From an uncultured virus (IMG/VR IMGVR_UViG_3300042505_000848) (lineage: Duplodnaviria; Heunggongvirae; Uroviricota; Caudoviricetes), in IMG/VR virus record IMGVR_UViG_3300042505_000848: DNA of 64,000 nt; one strand, given 5' to 3'. The notes under the pieces were generated by a model that was given only the letters and a program-made list of their open reading frames with translations, was not told the DNA's origin and made no database searches. Below are positions 10,198-20,479 of this stretch, piece by piece (positions within the stretch are counted from its first letter, which is position 1; each line of letters opens with the position of its first letter). The position numbers were made by a program, and so were the translations under genes.

Positions 10198-11988
10198 TTA
10201 TGCCAATGCTGCTATTCTTGTTTGGAAGTCAGCAAAGCTAGAGCTTGCCGCCACAACAGATTTTAATTCTGCAAGATTAATTACTCTACTGCCTTTTAGT
10301 GTTAATCTTTCTGCTATTGTTATATCGTTTTCAAAAGTAACATCTGTGTTGAATGTTGTCTGAACATCCACTGTCAATCCGCTGGAGTCGCTGGTGCTGA
10401 TAGTGCTGTTGATAAATTCCAGTGTTGATGTGTAGAATAGTTCTTTGGTTGTAGTATCATAAACAACCGGCCTTGCTGAACTTGTAGTTGATCTAACGGG
10501 ATTAACATAGAATCCAGCTGCTGCGCCGTTGAGTATAGCACCGCTGGCATTTAAGATAATACTGTTTGCTGATTGATTATTGTGTCCTGCATAATGTCCG
10601 ACAGCGATCGCATAGTCACCCTGACTTGATTGACCAGCATTGTCACCTATGGCAACCGCACTAGCACCTTGCTCAAAATATGCTGCTGATGCTCCTACAG
10701 CCACTCCGTAGTTGCTTTGTCTAAGTTCACCTGCCTGTCCTCCTATAGCGACTGCACGGGTGCCTTGATCTTCTGATCCAGCTGATGCACCAATGGCAAC
10801 TGCACGATAGGCTTGATTTAAACCGGCATTTTCACCTAGTGCTATCTTTTCTTCACTGGTTCTCAATGTTGTGGCTTCTATGTTACCGTAGACTGTGGCA
10901 GTGTTGCCATCTATGATCTGTGTTGAATTGTCTGTGAACACAGAGCCTATGAAAATACCTCGTAAGGTGCCACTCACAGCGTCTACCATCACAGTAGAAT
11001 CATCTGCAAACACTGAACCTCGTAAATCAAACACTGGATTCACGGCGATGGTTAAAGTGTCTGTGGCCACGTTTTTACTCAGCGTGATGGTTGCGTCACT
11101 GGCAATGTTTAATATGTCACTGGCAGCATCAGCTGCCAGTATATTAGCTATATCATTGTTGACTACAATTTGTGTAAACGCATTTACCGCAGGTGCTGAG
11201 TTGGTAATAGTCACGTCACCTGTGGCAATGTCTGTACTAACTGTGATACCTACACCAGAAGATATACTTATGACACCGGTGTTGGTTACTCTCAAGTTGT
11301 CACCAGTTGTGCCGTTTATGTTAATACCTGCACCTGTGGCTCTGCCTGAGGGCAAAGCAGTGACGTTCTGTAGACTGCGAACACCGGTATTGGTTATTGT
11401 TGACACGCCACTGCTTGTAGCAGTTGATATTCCCAACCCTGCCGCTACACTAAGTATGCCAGTGTTTGAGAATGTAATTGAGTCTGCTCCTGAACTCACT
11501 GCCAGACCTACGCCTGAGCCTGACAAGAAATTCACTGTGTCGCCAAATGTGGTTGCCACTATAGACAGATCGTTGTTGATCTGTATTTCTTTGAAGAATG
11601 TTTTATCAGGATCTATGATCAAACTGGTCCCCACACCAGTTAACGGATCGCCTCCCACGGTAGATCCTACGGGCAGATTAATGGTGTTGCCCACGCCTTT
11701 GATCTGTGCGCTTCCTGCCCACAAGCCGTTTAATGGATCTACTGTGGTGTGTTCTGCTGTAAACACCGATCGCCACTGATGAGTTACATCTCCCAAACTG
11801 CGTAAATTATTTGTAGTAGGAGTAACATCGGTATCTAACGATGAAAAATCTATAGGAGCCAGTCCTGACCCAGTACCAATAGTAGCAACTAGTATGTCAA
11901 AGTTTTCATTGACTTTGATAAATGCTTCATTGACTTCACTCCATAAAACAGGAGGACGACCTGGGGTTATATTATTATTAAAAGGCAT
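10198..11988 (-). CDS. Tail fibre-like trimeric protein with YadA-head-like repeats (596 aa)
   Basis: Tandem 14-residue AVAIG/GVAVG/AIAVG repeats (about 10580-10850); NTGV/NTGI repeats; N-terminal AFIKVNENF motif. Confidence 0.75.
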   Translation of the reverse strand: MPFNNNITPGRPPVLWSEVNEAFIKVNENFDILVATIGTGSGLAPIDFSSLDTDVTPTTNNLRSLGDVTHQWRSVFTAEHTTVDPLNGLWAGSAQIKGVGNTINLPVGSTVGGDPLTGVGTSLIIDPDKTFFKEIQINNDLSIVATTFGDTVNFLSGSGVGLAVSSGADSITFSNTGILSVAAGLGISTATSSGVSTITNTGVRSLQNVTALPSGRATGAGININGTTGDNLRVTNTGVISISSGVGITVSTDIATGDVTITNSAPAVNAFTQIVVNNDIANILAADAASDILNIASDATITLSKNVATDTLTIAVNPVFDLRGSVFADDSTVMVDAVSGTLRGIFIGSVFTDNSTQIIDGNTATVYGNIEATTLRTSEEKIALGENAGLNQAYRAVAIGASAGSEDQGTRAVAIGGQAGELRQSNYGVAVGASAAYFEQGASAVAIGDNAGQSSQGDYAIAVGHYAGHNNQSANSIILNASGAILNGAAAGFYVNPVRSTTSSARPVVYDTTTKELFYTSTLEFINSTISTSDSSGLTVDVQTTFNTDVTFENDITIAERLTLKGSRVINLAELKSVVAASSSFADFQTRIAALA

Positions 11989-14900
11989 TATGTTCTCCCT
12001 ACCGCTATTTCAATTGACCCTATGTGATCCGAATCGTATGCTACCAGAGCTTTGCCAACTACTGTGCCTACTTTTACGTCACTTGTGGCAGCTACTGCCA
12101 CTCCTGGAATTCCTGATGTGATCAAAATATCTCCTTTTGATATTTTTCCTACTACCTTGCAGGGCACACGACCTTGTAGTGCAACTAGATTCTTCAAGCC
12201 CGGGCAAGCATCATACATGACAAATGCTGCATTATTAGACACCACACCAGCTACTCTAGTGTCACCTTTGATATTGCCCGTAGTAACTTCTTTGTCTCCA
12301 CCAAATACAAGAACAGTTCCTACTTCATATTCTCGATCACCTTCGTAGTATTCTGCAAGGTCAGCAGCATATGTGGCCTGCATCCTTGATCCTGGGTTCA
12401 AGCTCCAATTGCCTATGATAGTACCAGCCACGACATTGCCACCAGTGGTTAATGTCTGTGCCTGTATGCCTGTGCAAGTGATAGTGCTGCTTGATGTAAT
12501 TGCTCCCACTGCGGTGATAGGAGCATTAGAAACACCGTTCTGCGTTTTGAATTCATGACTGTCATTCCAATAAGATGTTTTATCATCTGCAGCCAACGAC
12601 CCTTCACTGATTAGTATACCGCCAGCACTGTTGTATCCGTAATAGCGTAGGTAACCGCCAGTGGCAGTTGTTGCTGAATCAACAGCCAACTGCGTGTCAA
12701 TTTTGATATTAGACACATCAACGGTCCTGCCACCGAAATCACCGTTTACGTCTCTTACTATAATCTCACTGGCTCCGACACTACTGCTGCTTCCAGAAGA
12801 TCCAGCTACTATACTATAAGAACCATCTGATGTTGCAGTAGCACCAGTTCTTCGTAAGAATCCCAAAGCACTATACTGTGATTTCTTAATGGCCAAACCA
12901 TCGTTGACCACATCAGCGAATGCCACTGCGGCAGCGTTGGCAGTGCTCACACTGCTGTTACCGATCAGTGTGTCTGGAGCCAGCTGTGCAAGATCTCCTA
13001 GCTGAATACTGTTGGCCTTGATAGTAACATGTCCGTCAGTGACGTCAAAATCCGCATTGCTGAAACTGCTTAATCCACTAGCTGCTTGAATAACGGCAGC
13101 AGATCCTGTAGGTGCTGCGGCCTGTGCAGTAGCAATGGTCATTGCCAACTTGCTCTGTTCAATAGCTGCGGCCGCATTCACTTCAGCGTTGTTGACCGCA
13201 CCGGCACTCAACTGCACGTCTATATTGTTTAGTGTAGAGTCTATGCCAGTGCGTAGATCAAAAGTGAGATCACCAGTGACACTGGCATTTACAAAGATGT
13301 CGCCAACACCAGTGAACACCATTACTTGACCTGCCTGCACATTAGATCCTGCATAGTTTTGTAAATTGGTAAAAGTCAGACTCTGCAGGTTTACTGCATC
13401 TTGAGGGTCAGTTGGATCGGCAACATTAGAAATCTTGTTGAAGTTGAGATTCATATTTGCCTGCATGCCCAGTTGGCCATCCAAACTCATGAAACCACCT
13501 GTGCCAAGAGGTATTACTTCGGCTGGCGCAACAGCGGCACCTTCATGTGAGATTCCCAGTCGGCGATCTATGTATTTGCGTGTGGCATTCTCTGTGGGCA
13601 CAGTATCTGTGGCGTTATCTGTGAATCCACTGTCTGTGGAAAACTCACTGACCGGCACACCACGTTTGAATCCAATACCGTCCAAATTACTCAGTGCAAT
13701 AGAACTTGAGAATGTGACCTGGCCAGTGCCCTGATCCACTCTAAAGTATGGTCCGACTGAGAAATTACCAAATTGATCTGTGGTAACATAAAACACACGA
13801 CCCACATCACGTTCTTCTGTTTCTTTGGAGTCGTCTATCGGGTTAACACTACCTCCATAAATTTCTTTGGGATAGTTGGTGTCTGCATAAGAACCTGTGC
13901 CGATCTCGAGTAGATCGTGTCCAGTAACCCGAGTAAGAGCAATTCTAATAGTCAACGTGCCGAGGCTGCCGCTGGTACGCACAGCCACGGCAGCTTTAAT
14001 GGTGTAACTTGTGGACAAATTGTTTATGGCATTGACTAACGGACGGTTCAGTGTGATTCTGCCAAACACGGTGCCAGTTACACCAGGACCTTGATACGAA
14101 CTAATCACATATTCTTCGCCCAGGTAAACAAACTTAGCTGCAGATAATCTAGATATTTCAGTAGTTGAAATAGCAATTACCGCAAAAGCATTGTCACCTG
14201 CGCGGCCGGTAACTAGACCTACTTTATGCACTCCACTCTGTGTACCAGAGGTTTCTATGGCCGGATCACCAGGCACATCTGTAATTTGGAATGTATCAGG
14301 ATTTCCTGTGCTGACAACAAAATACCTATTTTGAATACTTATTCCTGTGGGCAAAGCACCAGTGGTAGTGAATTTGACCACATCTCCCGCAGAGAATCCA
14401 TGGCCGACTAGTGTTACCACAGCTGGATTAGCGATTGATATAGTGCAGGTTGTACCAGTTGGTGTTGAAGATATAAATTCTCCAGGCTGGAATACCGTGA
14501 TATCTATATAGTTGTAGTTTTCTCTGGTCTGGGTGAGAGTCAACCCCACGATGTTATATCTATGAATGCCACTACCTGCAGTTGTGATACTCACAGCAGC
14601 ACCGTTTTTCTGTGTGCTTATACTGAATTGTGTTTCTGTGAGATTGTTAGGTAACACATAGTAAGTTTCTCCCACTAGCAATGGAGCAGGTAACGTGCCC
14701 GTGGTGGTGAAAGTTATGGTATAGGCTTCTAACAGTTTGTGAGTTTTCACGGCTTTGATACTCAGTCCACTACCATTTGTCAATGTAAATGTGCCTCCTC
14801 CCGGAGTTGTGCTGACTGTAAACGTGTTATATGTGGGCTGTGTGATGATGTAATAGGTAATGCCGCTGACAAAGTTGTTGGCAGTGCTGGTAGGGATTAT

Positions 14901-17900
14901 TCTATCACCAATTCTCAGTTTGTGATTACCACTGGTAGTGCAGACGTTTGAAACTATATCGGTTATGGTCAATGCCACACGGAATATTGTAGGTGTAGCC
15001 GGATTAACTAATATCTCATAAGGACCATTGCTATCTGCGGTATTAGTGAATGACAATACACGATACACATTTGAAAGTGTCTCACGCAGTTTAAGACCGG
15101 TAGAAGGTCTTACAGCAACATCTTCTAGACTGCCGGTGAGCAGTGTATTGCTGAGTTGACGCATGGTCATTTTGGTGTTATTTGCTACTACCGCAAATAG
15201 ACCTTCTGAGGCAGATCCTATGCCAGTGCTGAGATTTAATCTTGCTACTCCTACTGGAAGATCAGTGGTAGTCACACTAGTCACTGGGTATCTATATATT
15301 TCTGTGCCGTGTAGAACTTCTAATTCTGATCCACTTAATGGTGTATAGTCATAATTATACACAAATATAGATAATCCACCTGCCACGTTGGCATATGCAC
15401 CACTAGGAAAATAACAATCTACTCGTTGATTTAGATCTTCATAGACAGTGGTTGGGGTAGGAACTTCAAGTGGATCTGCACCTTCCGCAACCAAGGCATA
15501 ATTACCATGAGCATTTGAACCGCCGACTGAACGAATCTGTCCACCAGTCAATGAGTAGTAGGCAATATGGCAGTAGTATGTGAACATGGACACTGCTTCA
15601 GTCAAGCCACCATTGGCCACAACTATGCCATATCCGAGGTCGTTGATCTGTGTGAAGTCATTACATAACATGCTTCTGTTACCAGGCATCAACAATTCAT
15701 ATCGATTGCCATTGAAATCCACATAGCTCACAGCCGATGCCTGAAGCGCAGCTTTATTGGTCTGAATGATGGTTCTAACAGCAATGTTATTAGCAGTGTA
15801 ACCCACAAAGCTAGGTTCAGTTATGGCTACCACTGCCTGTGCAGCTGTGAAGTTGGCAGCACCGATGATTGAACTCATGCGGGTCATTAGGGTGTTTATG
15901 GTAGCAGCTTCTGTGGCCGAGGCAGGAGTTCCTGAGGTTCTAGTCACTGCAGAATAACTCACAGCTGGAGCCAAGTCCTGCACAATTTGTCCTAGCAGAT
16001 AATTCAAATAGGCATGCCAGGTTGCAGATTGAGCTTGTGTTAGCGAAGAATCAGTGATCACTGCACCTGTGAGATTGTTGTAGAATTTCAACCCTCTTGT
16101 GCGTGTGGCCACATTGCCGCCATAAATCAAGTCATGGATCACTGCGTCTACAGCTTGTCTAATCTGATATTCTACTTCACTGGCCACATATACCGTGGCA
16201 GTGGTAAATCCACTGAGATTGCCTGCTATCTGTGCATCGATATAAGCAATTAGTTCAGCGATTTCATAGTCTCTGTTTGCCAACAGCAGTGCATAGGCAT
16301 TAGTGACGTTAGCAGACAGTCCAACCGGTAGTGTAAATGACAGAGCTGGTGCGGCAACAATGCCGCGTTCTATAGTGTCTGCTATGACAGTATTGCTCTG
16401 ATCCACAGTTTCTTGAATGGTAGGGTAAGCAGTAATTAGATCGTTTACAGAATCATGCACGAACTCAATAGCTTCCAATGTGATTCGTCGTTGATCGGTC
16501 AATACCACTGCGCTTTGACTGAGTCTGTAGGTCAAGCCATTTTGTCTGGTCCAGTAGTTGGTGCCTAGCACAATATCTCTTCCCAGGCCATCTAGGATCA
16601 ATCCAGTGTCTCGACTGCAGGCAGCGGAATTGTACGTGAATACGCTGAATGGCCAAGGCGTGGTTTCATCTAATACAAATGTAGCTGTGCTGCCGTCCTT
16701 GTCATAGACAAAGTCTCGGACATAGTTTATTCTATATACAGAATCTGCTACAATGAATGATGCTGGAAGTTGCGGAAATCTATCAAGATCACTGACTTGC
16801 AATCTTGTTGGAGTGACCACGACGTCGATATTAAATTCCAGGTTGCCTGCAAATCCGTCTGTGAACATACCGCCAGCAAACACCTGTCTGTCCTTGCTGC
16901 GGCTGAATGAAGCACACTCTTGAAAGTATGGAGACCTTGACAATATCTGACCTGTGGGATCCAATACTCCCATGAAACCGCCATGACCTATGGCTGATAT
17001 AGCCTGCCAACGCACGGTATCGTTGGCTAGGAACACGTCCATCTCTTCGTTGTCTTTGGGATAATTCACTGATCCCGATCCATCAATTACATCCTTGAAC
17101 GCTGTGATCAAGTCTGTGATAACCCCATCAGCACCCACCTCAGACTGGAACGCAGGATCAATAGTCTGTAAAAATAAATTCTGTTTAGGTGAGGTCACCG
17201 CAGTATTAGTGATAATATCTTGAACCAGCTCTTCAAAAAGATCTATCACCGCCAGATATTCACTGAGCTGTGTGGTAATTACTGTGTTACCAATTTCACT
17301 TTGATAATATTTCAGTGCTGCAGATATAGTTCGATTGTATTCTCCGTAGTCTAGATCAAAAGTAAGATCGTCAACTAAGATACCTATGCTGGTTTTGTAG
17401 AATGGTTTATCATAATTAAAAGTAGAAACAAAAGGTATAACATTATTGATTTTGCGGAATTCAATAGTAGCAACGATTTCTTCCTGTAGAAACTGTCTGT
17501 TCAATCTGATCAGGTCCGCAGCTGCTTCGTAGCCGCCTTTGTTTTGTATTTTGGGGTAGACAGGTTGAGTGCTGTTCTGTAGATAATGATAACCGTAGGC
17601 CTGTGTGACCACATCAAGGCCATCAATGACTGGGTCTCTACGGAATTTATTAAATGCCCAAGGACTAGCAGATGTGCCTGGACGAGGTCTAAAAATAACT
17701 CTACGGAATTCATCTCCTACTACAGAAACGTTTGCAGGAACTTTTAGTGGATAGTTTTCGAAATATTCTCCACTTTCTACTAGCACAGAAATCTGTATGT
17801 TTCTAGCAATGTCTCCATAGGTTATGCTTTCACCTATTTGAAAATTGCCAGATAATATATCCACATCAAAAATTTCATTGCCACCACTCTCTAGCTGTCC

Positions 17901-19445
17901 TGAATGCGCCACAATCTGGGCCAATGCGTTGCTGGTCTTACCTCGTAGGAATAGTCCTTCACGTATGTCTCGACCTCGGACAGCTTCAACGGTGTTAGTA
18001 GTAACATCTCCTGTGAAGTCTGTGCGCAATCCTGCGGTGTAGATCAAGAATCTAGGAAGATCTACTACGAAATTTGGCAATGAGCTAAATCCCGAACCTT
18101 TGTCTGTAATAGTGATACTGGTAATTGCCCCGCCGGTAACCACAGCGGAACCGAATGCTCCACTACCACCGCCACCGGTAATTCTTACAGAAACTAAACT
18201 GTAACCACTTCCACCATTGCTGATAGATACTGACCCCACTTTGTATCTGATATTAAAAGTGGCACCAGTTCCTATTGGACCGATCCCTACAGGCGCAGCA
18301 CTAGTGATGATTGTGGTCGGCACGGCAGTTGCACCCGGTAGCGCAGTATATGTGCCAGTAGAGACGACTTTAAAAGTAACAATAGCACCGGGAGTAGTTA
18401 GGGTAGTCAATACTTCTATTAAACAAGCCCCACCACCCGAAGGCACAGTTCCTCCAGAGACTTGTAGTATATCACCGGGATAATAATTTGCACCTACAGT
18501 ATTAATTACAACAGTGTCCACACTCATACGTATGGTGCCAGCAAATCCTATGCCAGATGTAGGGGATTCTTCAATGGCAGTCAACGAACATTCGGTAGCT
18601 CCGTTATTAAAGGTCAGTGTTTTTTCATAAGGCCCAATAATAGCTCGTGATTCTAAAACCAATTGTTCTGCACGTTTGAGAGCAGCTTCGAGAGTTCTAT
18701 AAGCATACGCTAGAGCACGACCTTGCAGTTCTTGCGACACACCCGGGCGATCGTCTTCACCGCTGAGCGCCACATACAAATTCACACTGCTACCAAATGC
18801 CGAACTATCAACATACTGTTTTGTAGCTGCGATCAATCCGCCGTAATTTGTGTCGTCATCTGGTTCTGGACTTCTAGAAAGTATCAGCGGTCCGCTCATA
18901 CGTCCAAAGCTGGTATCCGTAAGACCTGTAGCAGGATCTATGGCATTGACTCCGAATCTAGATATTTTAGAATCTGCATAATTCTTATTAACTAATTCGT
19001 GACTGTAAATTGGTGCCAACGGGCTAATTGTTGTTCCGGCATCAATTATACGATATTGATTACCGCCAGAGCGCATGGACAAATCGCCGCCTAGTTGTGG
19101 TGTTGTATCAGCAGCTATTTCGGCAAAATCTGCATTAATTGCAATTTGATTGGGGTTAGTGGTAAAATCAATGCTGATACCACTGCCTGCAACAAGTTTT
19201 TTAAATTGCAGTCCTGACTCTGTGTTATTCACAGTGACTACAGGAGTATTGCCAGTAACAACATCGTTCTGACCCACGTAGGTAGATGGAGTGTCTTCTA
19301 GGCCTGTGAATTGTAATCTTTCGCCGAGCCCTAGTGAGCTGTAAAGTTCTCTAAAGTTGTCATTAACTTTACGGAATGAATCTCTTATACTGTCGCCGGT
19401 GCCGTCGTTGCCAACGGTACCGATATCAATAGTCTTTCTTGCCAT
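11988..19445 (-). CDS. Giant virion structural / tail protein (2485 aa) with a C-terminal intramolecular-chaperone (peptidase G2-like) domain
   Basis: N-terminus IDIGTVGNDGTGDSIRDSFRKVNDNF (T4-like baseplate-type); GxGY/F beta modules; C-terminus ADLAEYYEGD...GTVLVFGGDKEVT...ALQGRVPCKVVG...KGDILITS. Confidence 0.8.
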   Translation of the reverse strand: MARKTIDIGTVGNDGTGDSIRDSFRKVNDNFRELYSSLGLGERLQFTGLEDTPSTYVGQNDVVTGNTPVVTVNNTESGLQFKKLVAGSGISIDFTTNPNQIAINADFAEIAADTTPQLGGDLSMRSGGNQYRIIDAGTTISPLAPIYSHELVNKNYADSKISRFGVNAIDPATGLTDTSFGRMSGPLILSRSPEPDDDTNYGGLIAATKQYVDSSAFGSSVNLYVALSGEDDRPGVSQELQGRALAYAYRTLEAALKRAEQLVLESRAIIGPYEKTLTFNNGATECSLTAIEESPTSGIGFAGTIRMSVDTVVINTVGANYYPGDILQVSGGTVPSGGGACLIEVLTTLTTPGAIVTFKVVSTGTYTALPGATAVPTTIITSAAPVGIGPIGTGATFNIRYKVGSVSISNGGSGYSLVSVRITGGGGSGAFGSAVVTGGAITSITITDKGSGFSSLPNFVVDLPRFLIYTAGLRTDFTGDVTTNTVEAVRGRDIREGLFLRGKTSNALAQIVAHSGQLESGGNEIFDVDILSGNFQIGESITYGDIARNIQISVLVESGEYFENYPLKVPANVSVVGDEFRRVIFRPRPGTSASPWAFNKFRRDPVIDGLDVVTQAYGYHYLQNSTQPVYPKIQNKGGYEAAADLIRLNRQFLQEEIVATIEFRKINNVIPFVSTFNYDKPFYKTSIGILVDDLTFDLDYGEYNRTISAALKYYQSEIGNTVITTQLSEYLAVIDLFEELVQDIITNTAVTSPKQNLFLQTIDPAFQSEVGADGVITDLITAFKDVIDGSGSVNYPKDNEEMDVFLANDTVRWQAISAIGHGGFMGVLDPTGQILSRSPYFQECASFSRSKDRQVFAGGMFTDGFAGNLEFNIDVVVTPTRLQVSDLDRFPQLPASFIVADSVYRINYVRDFVYDKDGSTATFVLDETTPWPFSVFTYNSAACSRDTGLILDGLGRDIVLGTNYWTRQNGLTYRLSQSAVVLTDQRRITLEAIEFVHDSVNDLITAYPTIQETVDQSNTVIADTIERGIVAAPALSFTLPVGLSANVTNAYALLLANRDYEIAELIAYIDAQIAGNLSGFTTATVYVASEVEYQIRQAVDAVIHDLIYGGNVATRTRGLKFYNNLTGAVITDSSLTQAQSATWHAYLNYLLGQIVQDLAPAVSYSAVTRTSGTPASATEAATINTLMTRMSSIIGAANFTAAQAVVAITEPSFVGYTANNIAVRTIIQTNKAALQASAVSYVDFNGNRYELLMPGNRSMLCNDFTQINDLGYGIVVANGGLTEAVSMFTYYCHIAYYSLTGGQIRSVGGSNAHGNYALVAEGADPLEVPTPTTVYEDLNQRVDCYFPSGAYANVAGGLSIFVYNYDYTPLSGSELEVLHGTEIYRYPVTSVTTTDLPVGVARLNLSTGIGSASEGLFAVVANNTKMTMRQLSNTLLTGSLEDVAVRPSTGLKLRETLSNVYRVLSFTNTADSNGPYEILVNPATPTIFRVALTITDIVSNVCTTSGNHKLRIGDRIIPTSTANNFVSGITYYIITQPTYNTFTVSTTPGGGTFTLTNGSGLSIKAVKTHKLLEAYTITFTTTGTLPAPLLVGETYYVLPNNLTETQFSISTQKNGAAVSITTAGSGIHRYNIVGLTLTQTRENYNYIDITVFQPGEFISSTPTGTTCTISIANPAVVTLVGHGFSAGDVVKFTTTGALPTGISIQNRYFVVSTGNPDTFQITDVPGDPAIETSGTQSGVHKVGLVTGRAGDNAFAVIAISTTEISRLSAAKFVYLGEEYVISSYQGPGVTGTVFGRITLNRPLVNAINNLSTSYTIKAAVAVRTSGSLGTLTIRIALTRVTGHDLLEIGTGSYADTNYPKEIYGGSVNPIDDSKETEERDVGRVFYVTTDQFGNFSVGPYFRVDQGTGQVTFSSSIALSNLDGIGFKRGVPVSEFSTDSGFTDNATDTVPTENATRKYIDRRLGISHEGAAVAPAEVIPLGTGGFMSLDGQLGMQANMNLNFNKISNVADPTDPQDAVNLQSLTFTNLQNYAGSNVQAGQVMVFTGVGDIFVNASVTGDLTFDLRTGIDSTLNNIDVQLSAGAVNNAEVNAAAAIEQSKLAMTIATAQAAAPTGSAAVIQAASGLSSFSNADFDVTDGHVTIKANSIQLGDLAQLAPDTLIGNSSVSTANAAAVAFADVVNDGLAIKKSQYSALGFLRRTGATATSDGSYSIVAGSSGSSSSVGASEIIVRDVNGDFGGRTVDVSNIKIDTQLAVDSATTATGGYLRYYGYNSAGGILISEGSLAADDKTSYWNDSHEFKTQNGVSNAPITAVGAITSSSTITCTGIQAQTLTTGGNVVAGTIIGNWSLNPGSRMQATYAADLAEYYEGDREYEVGTVLVFGGDKEVTTGNIKGDTRVAGVVSNNAAFVMYDACPGLKNLVALQGRVPCKVVGKISKGDILITSGIPGVAVAATSDVKVGTVVGKALVAYDSDHIGSIEIAVGRT

Positions 19446-19477
19446 GGTTAGAATCCTAGATTGAGCAAATGCTCTAA

Positions 19478-19513
19478 TATTTAGCCCAAAGTTTTATAAG
19501 CCGGATGTAAATA
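19478..19513. promoter_or_regulatory. Back-to-back TAAATA late-promoter-like motifs (19478-19483 minus, 19508-19513 plus)
   Basis: Core of the T4 late promoter TATAAATA; heads the tail-gene operon on minus and the 95-aa gene on plus. Confidence 0.6.
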
Positions 19514-19517
19514 CTAG

Positions 19518-19805
19518 ATGTTTCTCACAATCAAAACTCAGCAAAATCAATACTCTAGACTCAGTAAACACGGAGTCGAACATCAATATAAGAGAAAAAA
19601 GACCGTAGCAGTATTGAGATGTGACGCCTGTGATTCAATATTTGAAAGAGATCTCAAACATATAGATAAGAAACGCCTCAGCAACAATTTCTTTCATTGT
19701 TGCGGGTCTTGTGATGCCAAAAGATTTGCTCAACGCAAGGGGATTGAGCAGAAGCAGATATGGAACATGCCTGCTAGTTTAGACTTACCTGTGTCTAAAT
19801 TCTAA
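19518..19805 (+). CDS. Hypothetical basic Zn-ribbon-like protein
   Basis: CDAC...CCGSC; TAAATA 4 nt before the ATG. Confidence 0.6.
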   Translation: MFLTIKTQQNQYSRLSKHGVEHQYKRKKTVAVLRCDACDSIFERDLKHIDKKRLSNNFFHCCGSCDAKRFAQRKGIEQKQIWNMPASLDLPVSKF

Positions 19806-20121
19806 ATGATTCGCCGCAGCCGCAGCGATCTCGCTCATTGGGATTGATAAAATCAAAGCCTTCATTGAGTCCATTGCGGACCCAATCCATGGTCAACCCG
19901 TTTAAATAGGCTAGACTTTTGGCATCAACCAGCACAACAAACCCGTCGTGTGCAAAATTAGTTACTCCTACTTCAGATTCGTAACTGTCCACGTATTCTA
20001 ACACATAGGCTAGCCCACTGCACCCTGTGGTTCTAACACCTATGCGAATGCCTACACCTTTACCTCGGCGTTCTAAATTCTGTTTAATCTTTTTAGCCGC
20101 TGTGTCGGTTACGGTAATCAT
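19795..20121 (-). CDS. iscA: A-type Fe-S cluster carrier IscA (HesB family)
   Basis: GIRIGVRTTGCSGLAY and NPNERDRCGCGESF motifs. Confidence 0.95.
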   Translation of the reverse strand: MITVTDTAAKKIKQNLERRGKGVGIRIGVRTTGCSGLAYVLEYVDSYESEVGVTNFAHDGFVVLVDAKSLAYLNGLTMDWVRNGLNEGFDFINPNERDRCGCGESFRI

Positions 20122-20479
20122 CTACGGCCGCCTTGATAGCATCTTCTGCAAGGATACTACAATGTATCTTTACTGGTGGTAGAGCTAGTTCTTCTGCTAT
20201 TTCTTTGTTTTTGATTGTTCCGGCTTGGTCGAGGGTTTTGCCTTTGAGCCACTCTGTGACAAGGCTCGAACTCGCGATAGCCGATCCGCAGCCATACGTT
20301 TTAAATTTTGCATCTGTAATAATACCTGTATCATGATCTACCTTTATTTGTAGTTTCATTACGTCACCGCAAGCAGGAGCACCGACCATACCAGTGCCCA
20401 CTGTGGGATCATCTTTGGCAAATGATCCTACATTACGTGGGTTTTCGTAATGATCAATTACTTTGTCCGAGTACGCCAT
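20093..20479 (-). CDS. iscU: Fe-S cluster scaffold IscU
   Basis: MAYSDKVIDHYENPRNVGS, GAPACGDVM, FKTYGCGSAIASSS, LPPVKIHCS. Confidence 0.97.
   Translation of the reverse strand: MAYSDKVIDHYENPRNVGSFAKDDPTVGTGMVGAPACGDVMKLQIKVDHDTGIITDAKFKTYGCGSAIASSSLVTEWLKGKTLDQAGTIKNKEIAEELALPPVKIHCSILAEDAIKAAVDDYRNRHSG

Noticed and set aside
631..18995. Plus-strand ORFs over the tail genes (e.g. 631-894, 10895-11779, 7781-8116)
   Set aside because: Antisense shadows of long minus-strand genes; no SD or family motifs. The poly-Pro in 631-894 is the mirror of a poly-Gly linker.
19460..19476. Small GAGC-ATTT-GCTC hairpin in the leader of the giant tail gene
   Set aside because: A 4-5 bp stem is too short to distinguish from chance without homologs.
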